Notes: generated by a model from the sequence alone, not told the origin. Shown: positions 1 to 9,397, numbered from the stretch's first letter. The stretch: DNA of 32,000 nt from Wolbachia endosymbiont of Drosophila innubila (GCF_021378375.1 NZ_CP076228.1:690001-722000); one strand, 5' to 3'. Numbers and translations: made by a program.

Positions 1-232
1 AGCTTTCCAGAACATTAATAATATCGTTTACTCTATTGTTAGACGGTCCATCATCAAACGTAAGCGCAACAAACTTATCGTCGTTATTCAATAATTTTTT
101 TATATTACTTAAATTTCTATATGATAGATCTAGATTACAACTGAGCCCACAGTATGGTAAATTAAAATTACAATCACTACAAAAAGCCGTACTTGAATAT
201 AGTAAGAAAAAAGTGATTATCCTTATAAACAT
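1..232 (-). CDS. polysaccharide deacetylase (NodB-domain) family protein, N-terminal part; the gene runs off the left edge
   Basis: Absent from the ORF track because it has no stop in the window. A reverse-strand ATG at 232-230 opens a hand-checked frame. It reads MFIRIITFFLLYSSTAFC (signal-peptide-like) ... KFVALTFDDGPSNNRVNDIINVLES. TFDDGP is NodB motif 1. Confidence 0.55.
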   Translation of the reverse strand, partial: MFIRIITFFLLYSSTAFCSDCNFNLPYCGLSCNLDLSYRNLSNIKKLLNNDDKFVALTFDDGPSNNRVNDIINVLES

Positions 233-354
233 TTGTAATCAGCAAAGTGATAGAATACTACACTTTTTTGCTAAGTTAAGCCATCTTTAATTGCTGTAGC
301 CTTTACTTCATCGCTTCTTTAATATATTGTATTAATAATTTTATATAATATATT

Positions 355-1863
355 ATGATTGCAAATATAAATACCGTTGCGCTTCAGGGAATTAGCACAG
401 TAAATGTCAATGCACAAATTCATATGGCAAATGGTATTCCAGCTTTTAATATTGTTGGATTGCCAGATAAAACTGTTGCGGAATCCAAAGAACGCATCAG
501 AGCAGCGTTAAATTCAATCAATCTACTACTACCTCCAAAAAGAATTACAGTTAATCTCTCCCCTGCGGATTTACTGAAAGAAGGTAGTCATTATGACTTG
601 GCTATTGCTATTGGACTACTTGTTGTAATGAATGTGATACCAGTTGAAAAAGTTCAGTCTTATATCATTATGGGTGAGCTTGCCCTTGATGGCAGAGTTA
701 TTCCAGTTTCAGGAGTGCTGCCAACAGCGATCAATGCAAAACAGGCAAATAAAGGAGTAATTTGCCCAAGGGGAAATGGAGTAGAGGCTTCATGGGTAAA
801 GAATGTTTCAATTCTAGCTATAGAGAAATTAACTGATATTATCAGACACTTTAAGGGTGAGCAATTAATTCAGCCAGTAATTTTTAAATATAGTGATGCA
901 CCCAAAGAAAAAAGATTGGTTCCCGATATGAAGGATATTAAAGGCCAAGTTGTTGCAAAAAGAGCAGCTGAAATTGCAGCAGCAGGTGGGCATAATATGC
1001 TTCTTGTTGGCCCTCCTGGTACTGGAAAATCAATGCTTGCTAAGCGCTTTATAGGATTGCTGCCTGATTTAACCGAACAGGAGATGATTGATGTTAATAT
1101 TATTTCCAGCATAACAAAAACTGGTAATGAAATATTCAAAGTAACTCGCCCCTTTCGTGAACCTCATCACTCATGTTCCATGCCAGCAATGATAGGAGGA
1201 GGAAAGAATGCAAAACCCGGAGAAATTACCATGGCTCACAATGGCGTGTTATTTCTTGATGAGCTACCTGAATTTCCAAGACTCGTGCTTGATTCTCTGC
1301 GCCAACCACTTGAAGATAGAAAAGTTACCGTTGCAAGGGCAAATGCTCACATAACCTACCCTGCCAATTTTCAACTGATAGCTGCAATGAACCCTTGCAG
1401 GTGCGGTTATTTAGGTGATGCAAGCAGATCGTGCAACAAAGCTCCAAAGTGTGGCACAGATTACAAAAACAAAATATCAGGCCCATTGCTTGATAGAATA
1501 GACATATGCATTGAAATGCCAAACGTTAGCATACTCTCTCCTGAAATCTCTGTGGAGGGAGAAAGTACTAAAATTATAAGAGAAAGAGTGATAGCAGCAA
1601 GAAAAGCTCAAACTGAGCGCTATAGTGAATTAAATATTCGTTGCAATTCAGAAGTAAGCGGTGAAGCATTTAATAAATTTACTGAACCAGATCAGGCAGG
1701 GTTAGAATTGCTAAAATACGTACTGAAAGAAAATTACATTTCCAATCGAGGCTACACACGCGTATTAAAAGTTGCAAGAACTATTGCAGATCTTGCAAAA
1801 AGTGAAGAAGTAAAAAGAGCACACATTGCTGAAGCGCTCAATTACAGAATAAAGGTATATTAA
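355..1863 (+). CDS. yifB: YifB/ComM-family Mg-chelatase-like AAA+ ATPase
   Basis: N-terminal Lon-protease-like region, Walker A GPPGTGKS, Walker B VLFLDELPEF, Cys-rich CRCGYLG...SCNKAPKC segment, and the C-terminal RGYTRVLKVARTIADL helix typical of this family. Confidence 0.9.
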   Translation: MIANINTVALQGISTVNVNAQIHMANGIPAFNIVGLPDKTVAESKERIRAALNSINLLLPPKRITVNLSPADLLKEGSHYDLAIAIGLLVVMNVIPVEKVQSYIIMGELALDGRVIPVSGVLPTAINAKQANKGVICPRGNGVEASWVKNVSILAIEKLTDIIRHFKGEQLIQPVIFKYSDAPKEKRLVPDMKDIKGQVVAKRAAEIAAAGGHNMLLVGPPGTGKSMLAKRFIGLLPDLTEQEMIDVNIISSITKTGNEIFKVTRPFREPHHSCSMPAMIGGGKNAKPGEITMAHNGVLFLDELPEFPRLVLDSLRQPLEDRKVTVARANAHITYPANFQLIAAMNPCRCGYLGDASRSCNKAPKCGTDYKNKISGPLLDRIDICIEMPNVSILSPEISVEGESTKIIRERVIAARKAQTERYSELNIRCNSEVSGEAFNKFTEPDQAGLELLKYVLKENYISNRGYTRVLKVARTIADLAKSEEVKRAHIAEALNYRIKVY

Positions 1864-1876
1864 AAAATCAGTTTAC

Positions 1877-1905
1877 TTGACAGGCAATTTTTTTTACTAT
1901 ATGCT
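1877..1905 (+). promoter_or_regulatory. candidate sigma70-type promoter for the 1947 ORF
   Basis: TTGACA at 1877-1882. TATGCT follows at 17-nt spacing, or TATATG at 15 nt. The start codon lies about 45 nt downstream. Confidence 0.35.
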
Positions 1906-1946
1906 TCCTTAATGAAATTTTAACATTCTATTGAAGGAGTAGAGTT

Positions 1947-2408
1947 ATGGCATTAACAAGTTATAAGTATGGAAAAGAGGATAGCATTTTTCATGCTATT
2001 TCAAAAGGATATATACAAGCTGAAAAATACTGGAAAATTCCTGGTGCTGCTGGTGGAGCTGGTCAGTACGCTATGCATAATAAAGGGAGAACAGCATTAT
2101 TTTCGCTTGCAGTTGCAAGTGTTGTCTTTACAGCAATGCATATGAAAGCAGGCTTTGTTAGTGCAGCAGAAGCTTCTGGGTTTCTTGCTAAGACTGCCAG
2201 TTACTTTGTTGGAACAAATCAAGCAATAGCTGCTTCATTACCTGGATTTATCAGAACAGGTGTTGCTGGTCAGATAGTTGCGGGTGCCATAATGGCAATT
2301 GCTGCAGTTGCTGCAGTTGCTGCTGTTTATGGAACATATCAAGTTGCCTCAAAATTAAAAGATGTTGCAGTTGAAGAATCGAAAGAGAAAGATCAGATAA
2401 CACAATAA
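1947..2408 (+). CDS. hypothetical Ala/Gly-rich membrane protein
   Basis: 153-aa ORF with a GGAG Shine-Dalgarno 7 nt upstream (aaggagtagagttATG). It has hydrophobic Ala/Gly-rich segments (ALFSLAVASVVFTAM, GQIVAGAIMAIAAVAAVAAVYG) and a charged tail. It has its own promoter candidate and terminator. I recognise no family. Confidence 0.6.
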   Translation: MALTSYKYGKEDSIFHAISKGYIQAEKYWKIPGAAGGAGQYAMHNKGRTALFSLAVASVVFTAMHMKAGFVSAAEASGFLAKTASYFVGTNQAIAASLPGFIRTGVAGQIVAGAIMAIAAVAAVAAVYGTYQVASKLKDVAVEESKEKDQITQ

Positions 2409-2422
2409 TCTTCAACAAAATA

Positions 2423-2449
2423 AAAAGGGATAGGTTTCTGTCCCTTTTT
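2423..2449 (+). terminator. rho-independent terminator after the 1947-2408 ORF
   Basis: AAAAGGGA (2423-2430) pairs with TCCCTTTT (2441-2448) around a 10-nt loop and runs into a T tract. Confidence 0.6.
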
Positions 2450-2653
2450 ATAAACGTTTTCTATTTTTTGCATCGGTTAAGTGATGTCATCTAAGAATCT
2501 AGTTATTATAATTAACGGCACTTATTAGTATAAATGTTAAGAATAAGTAAATCCCGTTTACTATTTACGCCTATAGAAGTGAAAAGTATTTGCATATTAT
2601 TAAAAAAGCGGTAACTTATTATCAAGTGAATTCGCTAAATTTGAGTAATTTAA

Positions 2654-3850
2654 ATGTCTATTGATCTTAGTCTGCCGGAGTTGCCTATATTACACCCAAG
2701 GATTACCGTTGTGGGAGTGGGTGGTGCTGGTGGAAATGCTGTGAATAACATGATCCAATCTAATTTGCAAGGAGTGAATTTTGTTGTCGCAAATACCGAT
2801 GCTCAAGCACTAGAAAAGTCGTTATGTGATAAAAAAATTCAGCTTGGCATTAATTTAACTAAGGGGCTTGGTGCTGGTGCTTTGCCTGATGTTGGCAAAG
2901 GTGCAGCAGAAGAGTCAATTGATGAGATTATGGAGCATATAAAAGATAGTCATATGCTTTTCATCACAGCAGGAATGGGCGGTGGTACTGGAACCGGTGC
3001 AGCACCGGTAATTGCAAAAGCAGCCAGAGAAGCAAGAGCCGCAGTTAAGGATAGAGCGCCAAAAGAAAAAAAGATATTGACTGTTGGAGTTGTAACTAAA
3101 CCGTTCGGTTTTGAAGGTGTGCGCCGTATGCGCATTGCAGAGCTTGGACTTGAAGAACTGCAAAAATACGTGGATACACTTATTGTCATTCCAAATCAGA
3201 ATTTATTTAGAATTGCAAATGAAAAAACTACATTTTCTGATGCATTTAAACTTGCTGATAATGTTCTGCACATTGGCATCAGAGGAGTAACTGACTTGAT
3301 GGTCATGCCAGGGCTTATCAATCTTGACTTCGCTGATATAGAAACAGTAATGAGCGAGATGGGCAAAGCGATGATCGGCACCGGAGAGGCAGAAGGAGAA
3401 GATAGAGCAATTAGTGCTGCAGAGGCTGCAATATCTAATCCATTGCTTGATAATGTATCAATGAAAGGTGCGCAAGGAATATTAATTAACATTACTGGTG
3501 GCGGAGATATGACTCTGTTTGAAGTTGATGCTGCAGCCAATAGAGTGCGTGAAGAAGTAGATGAAAATGCAAATATAATATTTGGTGCTACTTTTGATCA
3601 AGCGATGGAGGGAAGAGTTAGAGTTTCTGTTCTTGCAACTGGCATTGATGGTCGCAATAATAAATCAGAAACTTCACCTATAAGTCAGAGCGAAGACTCA
3701 GAGAAAGAGAAATTTAAGTGGCCATATAGTCAAAGTGAAAGTACACAAGACAAAACACTGGAAACAAAACCAGCTGAACAGGTAAGCGAAGGAGCTAAGT
3801 GGGGCAGCAATATCTATGATATACCAGCTTACTTAAGAAGAAAAAAATAA
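2654..3850 (+). CDS. ftsZ: cell division protein FtsZ
   Basis: [13 protein letters not shown] and the tubulin signature [13 protein letters not shown]. Conserved NTDAQAL and VTKPFGFEG motifs. Disordered C-terminal linker ending in the conserved DIPAYLRRK peptide. Confidence 0.98.
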   Translation: MSIDLSLPELPILHPRITVVGVGGAGGNAVNNMIQSNLQGVNFVVANTDAQALEKSLCDKKIQLGINLTKGLGAGALPDVGKGAAEESIDEIMEHIKDSHMLFITAGMGGGTGTGAAPVIAKAAREARAAVKDRAPKEKKILTVGVVTKPFGFEGVRRMRIAELGLEELQKYVDTLIVIPNQNLFRIANEKTTFSDAFKLADNVLHIGIRGVTDLMVMPGLINLDFADIETVMSEMGKAMIGTGEAEGEDRAISAAEAAISNPLLDNVSMKGAQGILINITGGGDMTLFEVDAAANRVREEVDENANIIFGATFDQAMEGRVRVSVLATGIDGRNNKSETSPISQSEDSEKEKFKWPYSQSESTQDKTLETKPAEQVSEGAKWGSNIYDIPAYLRRKK

Positions 3851-4248
3851 TGCAATTTTGGCTACTTAAGTCAGAGCCAAGTGAATACTCATGGCAAAAA
3901 ATGGAAAAGGAGCAGGTAGTTGAGTGGGATGGTGTGCGCAATTATCAAGCTCAAAATTACATGAAAATTATGAAAGCAAGCGATCTTGCGTTTTTTTATC
4001 ATACAGGTAAAGAGAAAGCAATACTTGGAATCGTTGAAGTATTTAAAGAGTATTATCATGTTAATGATCCCAAGTTCGGATTAGTGAATGTAAAGTTTTT
4101 GAAACTTTTAAATAACCAAGTAACGTTAAATAATATAAAACAAAACCCACTTTTGAAAAATATGACTATATTAAAACAACCACGTTTATCAATTGCCCCA
4201 GTTTCGGAAATTGAATGGAATGAAATAATAAGGATGAGTGATGTGTAA
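3850..4248 (+). CDS. EVE (PUA-like, DUF55) domain protein
   Basis: [15 protein letters not shown]...WDGVRNYQAQNYMKIMKASDLAFFYHTG is the characteristic EVE N-terminus. The ATG overlaps the ftsZ TAA stop by one nucleotide (TAATG). Confidence 0.8.
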   Translation: MQFWLLKSEPSEYSWQKMEKEQVVEWDGVRNYQAQNYMKIMKASDLAFFYHTGKEKAILGIVEVFKEYYHVNDPKFGLVNVKFLKLLNNQVTLNNIKQNPLLKNMTILKQPRLSIAPVSEIEWNEIIRMSDV

Positions 4249-4284
4249 TACCTGTCATTTCAGTTCCTAAATGATGTCATCTCA

Positions 4285-4553
4285 GCACACAACGCACAGC
4301 TGTATGAATATTTGTCTCGAAGGCAGTGCATTAAACGTTATAGCCGATTTTGCATCAAACACAAAGGTGTCATTCCAGTGCTTGACACTGGAATCCAGCC
4401 TTAATGCAACCACATTAAAGCCGTTGTGTTTTAATATAAGATTAGCTACTTTTATATTCACTAACTTGATGTCTAATCAAAATTCCTGGATCCCAGTGCC
4501 TAGACACTGGGATGACATCCTTCTAGTGTACAATATTCGTACAGTTGTGTACA
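4285..4553. repeat. MITE-like nonautonomous element with both terminal inverted repeats and two internal hairpins
   Basis: Left end is gcacacaacgcacagCTGTATGAATATTTG (4285-4314). Right end is CAATATTCGTACAGttgtgt (4531-4550), which is inverted relative to the left. Internal hairpins are ggtgtcattccagtgcttgacactggaatccagcc (4367-4400) and ggatcccagtgcctagacactgggatgacatcc (4488-4520). The same termini and hairpins recur at 26102-26316 and at the ends of the decayed IS at 27395-28585. Confidence 0.7.
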
Positions 4554-4632
4554 TGACACAAGGGTCTATAACTCTTCTTTTTTGGATTCCAGTGTCAGCT
4601 ATTTGCATGACACCCTTACTGATGTGTCACTC

Positions 4633-5085
4633 ATGTTAGAAGTAAATATTCTTGACAAGAAATGGTGCAGCATTATAGAAAATCCTAAAAATTTTGTATT
4701 AGGTGTCATCAATGCTTCTCTAAAAGAATTAAAAATAGACCACTATAAACCAAATATATCAATAGCTCTGGCTGATGATGACTTGCTACATCAACTTAAT
4801 TTAAAATTTAGAGAAATGGATAAGCCAACTAACGTACTATCATTTCCGTATGAACAATTGTCTAATGAGTGCGATTTAGGAGACATAGCAATTTCAATAG
4901 ACACAATAAAAAGAGAATCGCATGAGTATTATATACCCATTCTTGCTCACATTGCACACATGTTAGTGCATGGATTACTGCATTTACTTGGTTATGATCA
5001 CCAAAAAAAAGATGAAGAAATTATAATGAAAAATCTAGAAAGAGAGATTTTAGCTTCGCTTGGCTACAATATGTGTGCGATTTAA
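4633..5085 (+). CDS. ybeY: rRNA maturation endoribonuclease YbeY
   Basis: Zinc motif [15 protein letters not shown] plus TNVLSFP. The start is moved to the internal Met ([11 protein letters not shown]) because the track ORF start at 4582 lies inside repeat-derived sequence. Confidence 0.85.
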
Positions 5086-5171
5086 AAGGAATTTAATAAA
5101 AATATAGTAGATGATAATAAAATATGTTATCTACAAAGGGTTTTAGCTATAAACAATAAAAGGTAAGTGAT

Positions 5172-5960
5172 ATGGTTCAGTTTTCTTTGCCAAAGAATTC
5201 TAAAATTAATCAAAAGGGCAAAATTTATCCTATTCCTGCTAGAGCAAAAAACATCAGAAGATTTCAAATTTACCGTTGGTCTGCTGATGACGAGAAAAAC
5301 CCTAGAATAGACACATTTTTTATTGATATGGATAGTTGTGGCCCTATGGTACTTGATGCATTAATAAAAATAAAGGATGAAATAGATTCGACTTTAACTT
5401 TCAGACGTTCTTGTAGAGAAGGCATATGTGGATCTTGTGCCATGAATATTGACGGAACCAATACTCTTGCATGTACTAGATCTATACATGATATAAAAGG
5501 TGACGTAAAAATATATCCATTACCTCACATGTATGTAATAAAGGACCTAGTCTCGGATTTGAGCCAATTTTATGAGCAATACAAATCAATTAAACCTTGG
5601 TTACAAGCAGATAAGCCTGCCCTACCAAATAAAGAATACTCTCAATCTTCTGAAGATAGAAAAAAATTAGATGGCTTGTCCGACTGTATATTATGTGCTT
5701 GCTGTTCGACTGGTTGCCCAAGCTACTGGTGGAATAGTGATAAATTTTTAGGACCAGCAATACTATTACAAGCTTACAGATGGATTGCTGACAGCCGTGA
5801 TAATAAGACAGGTGAAAGACTTGATGTTTTAAACGACCCATTCAAGTTGTATCGTTGTCATACAATAATGAATTGCACAAAAACTTGTCCTAAAGGACTT
5901 AATCCAGCAAGAGCAATAGCGAAAGTAAAACAGCTCATGGTAGAGAGAGAAGGAGTTTAA
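5172..5960 (+). CDS. sdhB: succinate dehydrogenase iron-sulfur subunit
   Basis: 2Fe-2S motif [15 protein letters not shown], 4Fe-4S motif [16 protein letters not shown], and 3Fe-4S motif [17 protein letters not shown]. Confidence 0.97.
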   Translation: MVQFSLPKNSKINQKGKIYPIPARAKNIRRFQIYRWSADDEKNPRIDTFFIDMDSCGPMVLDALIKIKDEIDSTLTFRRSCREGICGSCAMNIDGTNTLACTRSIHDIKGDVKIYPLPHMYVIKDLVSDLSQFYEQYKSIKPWLQADKPALPNKEYSQSSEDRKKLDGLSDCILCACCSTGCPSYWWNSDKFLGPAILLQAYRWIADSRDNKTGERLDVLNDPFKLYRCHTIMNCTKTCPKGLNPARAIAKVKQLMVEREGV

Positions 5961-5963
5961 GTA

Positions 5964-7100
5964 TTATCTTTTGCATTCTTCGTAAGAGAACAGCAAACCT
6001 TCCGAAGCGTAGGGTATTGTTAATACCCTGAACGCTTTTCCGTTTGTGAAGTGCATCGTATCATCGTACGATTCAAATAATTTTTTGAACAACTCATGTC
6101 TTTGGTTACTAATAGTTTGAAAATCCTCTTTTTCTAAAAGCTTTTTAGATTCGAAGAGGTAAAGCATAACTTCGTGATAAGTTGGGTAAGATGCCAAAAA
6201 TTTTGGGTCAAATTGAAAGGTTTTTATAAAAGCATTATTATAAAATTTTAGCTTTTGATTCTTACTATATATTACTATAGCAACCGGTAACCTCTCAAGC
6301 AAGTTTTTCTGTGTAGCTAAATAACTGTTTAATTCAGTATATAATTTCTCTGCATCACTAACATCTTTCCCATACATTACTATGCTACCAGAAACTTGTA
6401 TTGGAATTTTAACAAAATCGAAAACCTTAGGTTCGTTCTTATAAGTTATGACATGTCTTCCTGGTTTTGTGCTATGAGCGCTACCGGTAATAGCAAATTT
6501 CTTAGAACCATCTACATATTTATCATAAAACAAGTTATAAAATTCCACCTTTCTACTCTTGTTATATCTTAGTATTGGAAATGGTAAAGAGTTGAAAACG
6601 TTTTTATAGCTCTCCACTTCCTGTGTAAGCTTACTATTTTCTAACTCAAGTCCGTTAGCCTTTATCTTACAGTCTGAGACATTCCTTATCCATAACAGCA
6701 CACCTATCACATTGTTAGAATCATCTATTATGCTTCTACCGTAACATATGCAATAAACCTCACTGTCTTTTGACTTTAAATCTAGAGTAAAAGATTTATT
6801 TATTTCCTTTGCCTCAACAAAATTTTTGATTAAGCTTTCTGATTGCTCAAAAAAATTCACAAACTCATTAAATGAGTAAAAAACAGTATTAAGCAAAATT
6901 AGTAAATTGGGAGAGAACTTTTCTATACGTTTTTTTGCATCCCAAATATAAAACCCATCATTCACAGTATCAATTAAATTATTTATGATAACATTTTGAT
7001 GCTGTAAGTTCTTAATCTTATTACTAATTTTTAATTTAGAATAAGAGAGAAAGAATAATATTAGAATCAATATTAAAACCACTTCATACAAAAAAAACAT
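5964..7100 (-). CDS. membrane-anchored protein with three PAS-like modules and no recognisable output domain
   Basis: N-terminal TM helix FFLYEVVLILILILFFLSY. Three segments carry PAS-like N-caps: IDTVNDGFYIWDAKKRIEKFSPN, FNSLPFPILRYNKSRKVEFYNLFY and LERLPVAIVIYSKNQKLKFYNNAF. Each has a PAS-like core (for example GVLLWIRNVSD and GLLFSYEE). There are no HisKA or HATPase motifs. The stop lies 3 nt from the convergent sdhB stop. Confidence 0.5.
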   Translation of the reverse strand: MFFLYEVVLILILILFFLSYSKLKISNKIKNLQHQNVIINNLIDTVNDGFYIWDAKKRIEKFSPNLLILLNTVFYSFNEFVNFFEQSESLIKNFVEAKEINKSFTLDLKSKDSEVYCICYGRSIIDDSNNVIGVLLWIRNVSDCKIKANGLELENSKLTQEVESYKNVFNSLPFPILRYNKSRKVEFYNLFYDKYVDGSKKFAITGSAHSTKPGRHVITYKNEPKVFDFVKIPIQVSGSIVMYGKDVSDAEKLYTELNSYLATQKNLLERLPVAIVIYSKNQKLKFYNNAFIKTFQFDPKFLASYPTYHEVMLYLFESKKLLEKEDFQTISNQRHELFKKLFESYDDTMHFTNGKAFRVLTIPYASEGLLFSYEECKR

Positions 7101-7142
7101 AGCACTTTTAAAACAAATGTAAAAATTTGTAACCGCTCAGAA

Positions 7143-7922
7143 TTATGCTGAAGAGGTATATAAGTAAAGATTGCCTAACATTTGAAAGCCCAATCTCTTA
7201 TAAAGGTTCACAGAAGATTTCATACAATGTGCTACTATATATTTGCATTCAAGCTGTTTAGCTATCTTTATTCTTTCTAAAACCATTTGGGTACCTATTC
7301 CACGATTCCTGTAAATTGGTAAAACTCCATCACTATAAAAACCAGCTACGCTATCTTGAACATAAAGACCGCATGTCCCAATAATTTCATTATTTAGTGT
7401 TACAAGAAAAAATCTTAATCTTGAGTTCTTATCATCATAATTTGATAATCCGCGAAAAAATGTGCTGACAATTCCAACGCCATGATAAAAAATTTTAGAA
7501 GTGTGTAGATCTAACTGTTCTAAGAGGTTGCTACCATTCACAGCATTTAACCTCAAGTTTGGAATAACATCAGCAGGTAAAAAGTAATTTTTCATATTAA
7601 GTAAAGCTTTTTTTTGTGTGCTAACGTGTTTTATTTCACACTTTTCTAAAATATCTCTTATTTTCATATGTGAATTTATTACCCATGTTGCTTCTATATC
7701 TCTTGTTCTGAGATAATCTAGAGTTTTTTGTATAGAAAGCTCGGTACATTGATCTCCACAGAACACAAAATTAAATAATGACTCCCTGGTACCATTTATT
7801 GTAAATATGATGTTATCAAATTCATCGTGTACTTCCCACTCAGATAAATTCGCTGTGTACAGTATATAATCCTTTAGATTTTGAACAATTAAGCTTGAAT
7901 AATAAATTTTTTTATCCTGCAT
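7143..7922 (-). CDS. GNAT-family N-acetyltransferase
   Basis: The C-terminal half carries the acetyl-CoA binding motif RNRGIGTQMVLERIKIAK followed by NLYKRLGF. The N-terminal half is of unknown family. Confidence 0.75.
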   Translation of the reverse strand: MQDKKIYYSSLIVQNLKDYILYTANLSEWEVHDEFDNIIFTINGTRESLFNFVFCGDQCTELSIQKTLDYLRTRDIEATWVINSHMKIRDILEKCEIKHVSTQKKALLNMKNYFLPADVIPNLRLNAVNGSNLLEQLDLHTSKIFYHGVGIVSTFFRGLSNYDDKNSRLRFFLVTLNNEIIGTCGLYVQDSVAGFYSDGVLPIYRNRGIGTQMVLERIKIAKQLECKYIVAHCMKSSVNLYKRLGFQMLGNLYLYTSSA

Positions 7923-8394
7923 ACACCAACAATAAACAATAAAAGGCTCCTATAAGAACACAGGCTAAAATTGCAGCTATAACGTCATCTAGCATAATAC
8001 CTAAAGGACCTTTGGTATTTTTATCGATTAAATTTATAGGCCACGTTTTTATTATATCAAAAAACCTAAAAGAAAAAAAGCACAACAACAATGAAGAACA
8101 ATTCATCTCTTGGCTTAACAATATCGAAACTAAAAGTATCGTCAGCAATTGACCAACCACTTCGTCAATTACTACCTCTTTTGGATCACATGAAGTCTTG
8201 TAATGTTTTATATAATTACCTGTAGACCATAATCCAATTAAGAATAAAAAAGAAATAATTGCTGCACCTAAAATTTTGTTGCTCAGGATTACAGGAACAA
8301 GCGGAAAAGAAGCCAAACTACCCACAGTACCTGGCATTTTTTTTACTGTTCCAGACAGCCACCACGTTGACATTAATTTATATAAAAATTTCAC
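7912..8394 (-). CDS. pgpA: phosphatidylglycerophosphatase A
   Basis: GTVGSLASFPL near the N-terminus, multiple TM segments, and DEVVGQ / DIIKTWPI motifs typical of PgpA. It overlaps the GNAT gene by 11 nt. Confidence 0.85.
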   Translation of the reverse strand: MKFLYKLMSTWWLSGTVKKMPGTVGSLASFPLVPVILSNKILGAAIISFLFLIGLWSTGNYIKHYKTSCDPKEVVIDEVVGQLLTILLVSILLSQEMNCSSLLLCFFSFRFFDIIKTWPINLIDKNTKGPLGIMLDDVIAAILACVLIGAFYCLLLVYAG

Positions 8395-8413
8395 AATATA
8401 TCCAAATACAAAA

Positions 8414-9397
8414 TTAACTTATAAGCACAGAAAGAGTATCCTCTATAGAGGCGCTTTCATACAATAATCTATAGACCGCTTCACATATAGGCATTTTTAT
8501 CTTTAGCTTTCCTGCTAAATTAAATATGGACTCAGCAGTGCTAAAACCTTCAATCACTGACTTGCCTTCTGACAAAATCTGCTGAACATTAAAGCCATTG
8601 TCACTATTACCTATTTTAAACCCAAAAGATAAGTTTCTTGAATTCAAGGATGTGCATGTCATAATTAGGTCACCCAGACATGCTGGCCCAAGTAGTGTAT
8701 TTATATCCACACTACCGTCACCAATTTTTGCTGAGTATAAAGCCTTAATTTCGCTCATACTTTTCGTAATCAATGCTGCATGAGCATTAAACCCAAGTTT
8801 ACTACCTAGAACAATCCCACACGCTATAGCAAAAACGTTCTTTAACGCTGCACAAATCTGTACTCCTATAATGTCGTTACTAAACTCCAATTTAACATTT
8901 TCTTGTTGCAGCTCTGATACTAGCTTTGAACCTAATGTGTTATTTTGGCATGCAAGAACCATTGAATAGGGTAATTTTCTTGCAACTTCTACAGCAAAGC
9001 TAGGACCTGAAAAAATAGCAATAGGATTGTTAGGTAAAATTTCATTTACTATTTCACTAGGTAATTTTAATGTAGACTTTTCTATTCCCTTACAAGCTAA
9101 AATTATTGCTACATCTTTTTTCAGATTACAATTATGCAATTGCTGACATACCTTCCTCAGAGACTGAGTGGGAACAGCGAGGATTGTTACTGAAGCATTA
9201 ATTATGTCTTCAATAGCCAATTTTACTGACACATTATCAGAAATTCGACAACCGGGTAGCTTGTCACTTTCTCTTTTCCCGTTGATTGATTCAAATGTAG
9301 TTTCATTGTGAGTCCACAAAATCACATCTTTCTTACTACCTAATGAAATTGCGATTGCTGTACCCCATGCACCAGCACCTAAAATTGATATTGCCAC
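8414..9397 (-). CDS. gpsA: NAD(P)H-dependent glycerol-3-phosphate dehydrogenase
   Basis: Rossmann motif ILGAGAWGTAIA. Also SGPSFAVEVA, KNVFAIACG and the C-terminal EGFSTA...MPICEAVY. Confidence 0.95.
   Translation of the reverse strand: MAISILGAGAWGTAIAISLGSKKDVILWTHNETTFESINGKRESDKLPGCRISDNVSVKLAIEDIINASVTILAVPTQSLRKVCQQLHNCNLKKDVAIILACKGIEKSTLKLPSEIVNEILPNNPIAIFSGPSFAVEVARKLPYSMVLACQNNTLGSKLVSELQQENVKLEFSNDIIGVQICAALKNVFAIACGIVLGSKLGFNAHAALITKSMSEIKALYSAKIGDGSVDINTLLGPACLGDLIMTCTSLNSRNLSFGFKIGNSDNGFNVQQILSEGKSVIEGFSTAESIFNLAGKLKIKMPICEAVYRLLYESASIEDTLSVLIS

Noticed and set aside
36-290. 84-aa plus-strand ORF at the left edge
   Set aside because: It is antisense to a better-supported minus-strand frame carrying a signal peptide and the NodB TFDDGP motif. 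Its own sequence is low-complexity with no recognisable motif.
2915-3540. Three minus-strand ORFs (82, 79 and 114 aa) inside ftsZ
   Set aside because: They are antisense shadows of the highly conserved ftsZ frame, produced by Gly/Ala-rich codons read backwards.
4271-4639. 122-aa ORF, and the 4582 N-terminal extension of ybeY
   Set aside because: Both lie entirely within the MITE-like repeat and its hairpins. The translations are Cys/His/Trp-rich nonsense typical of reading through palindromes. ybeY has a good internal Met start at 4633.
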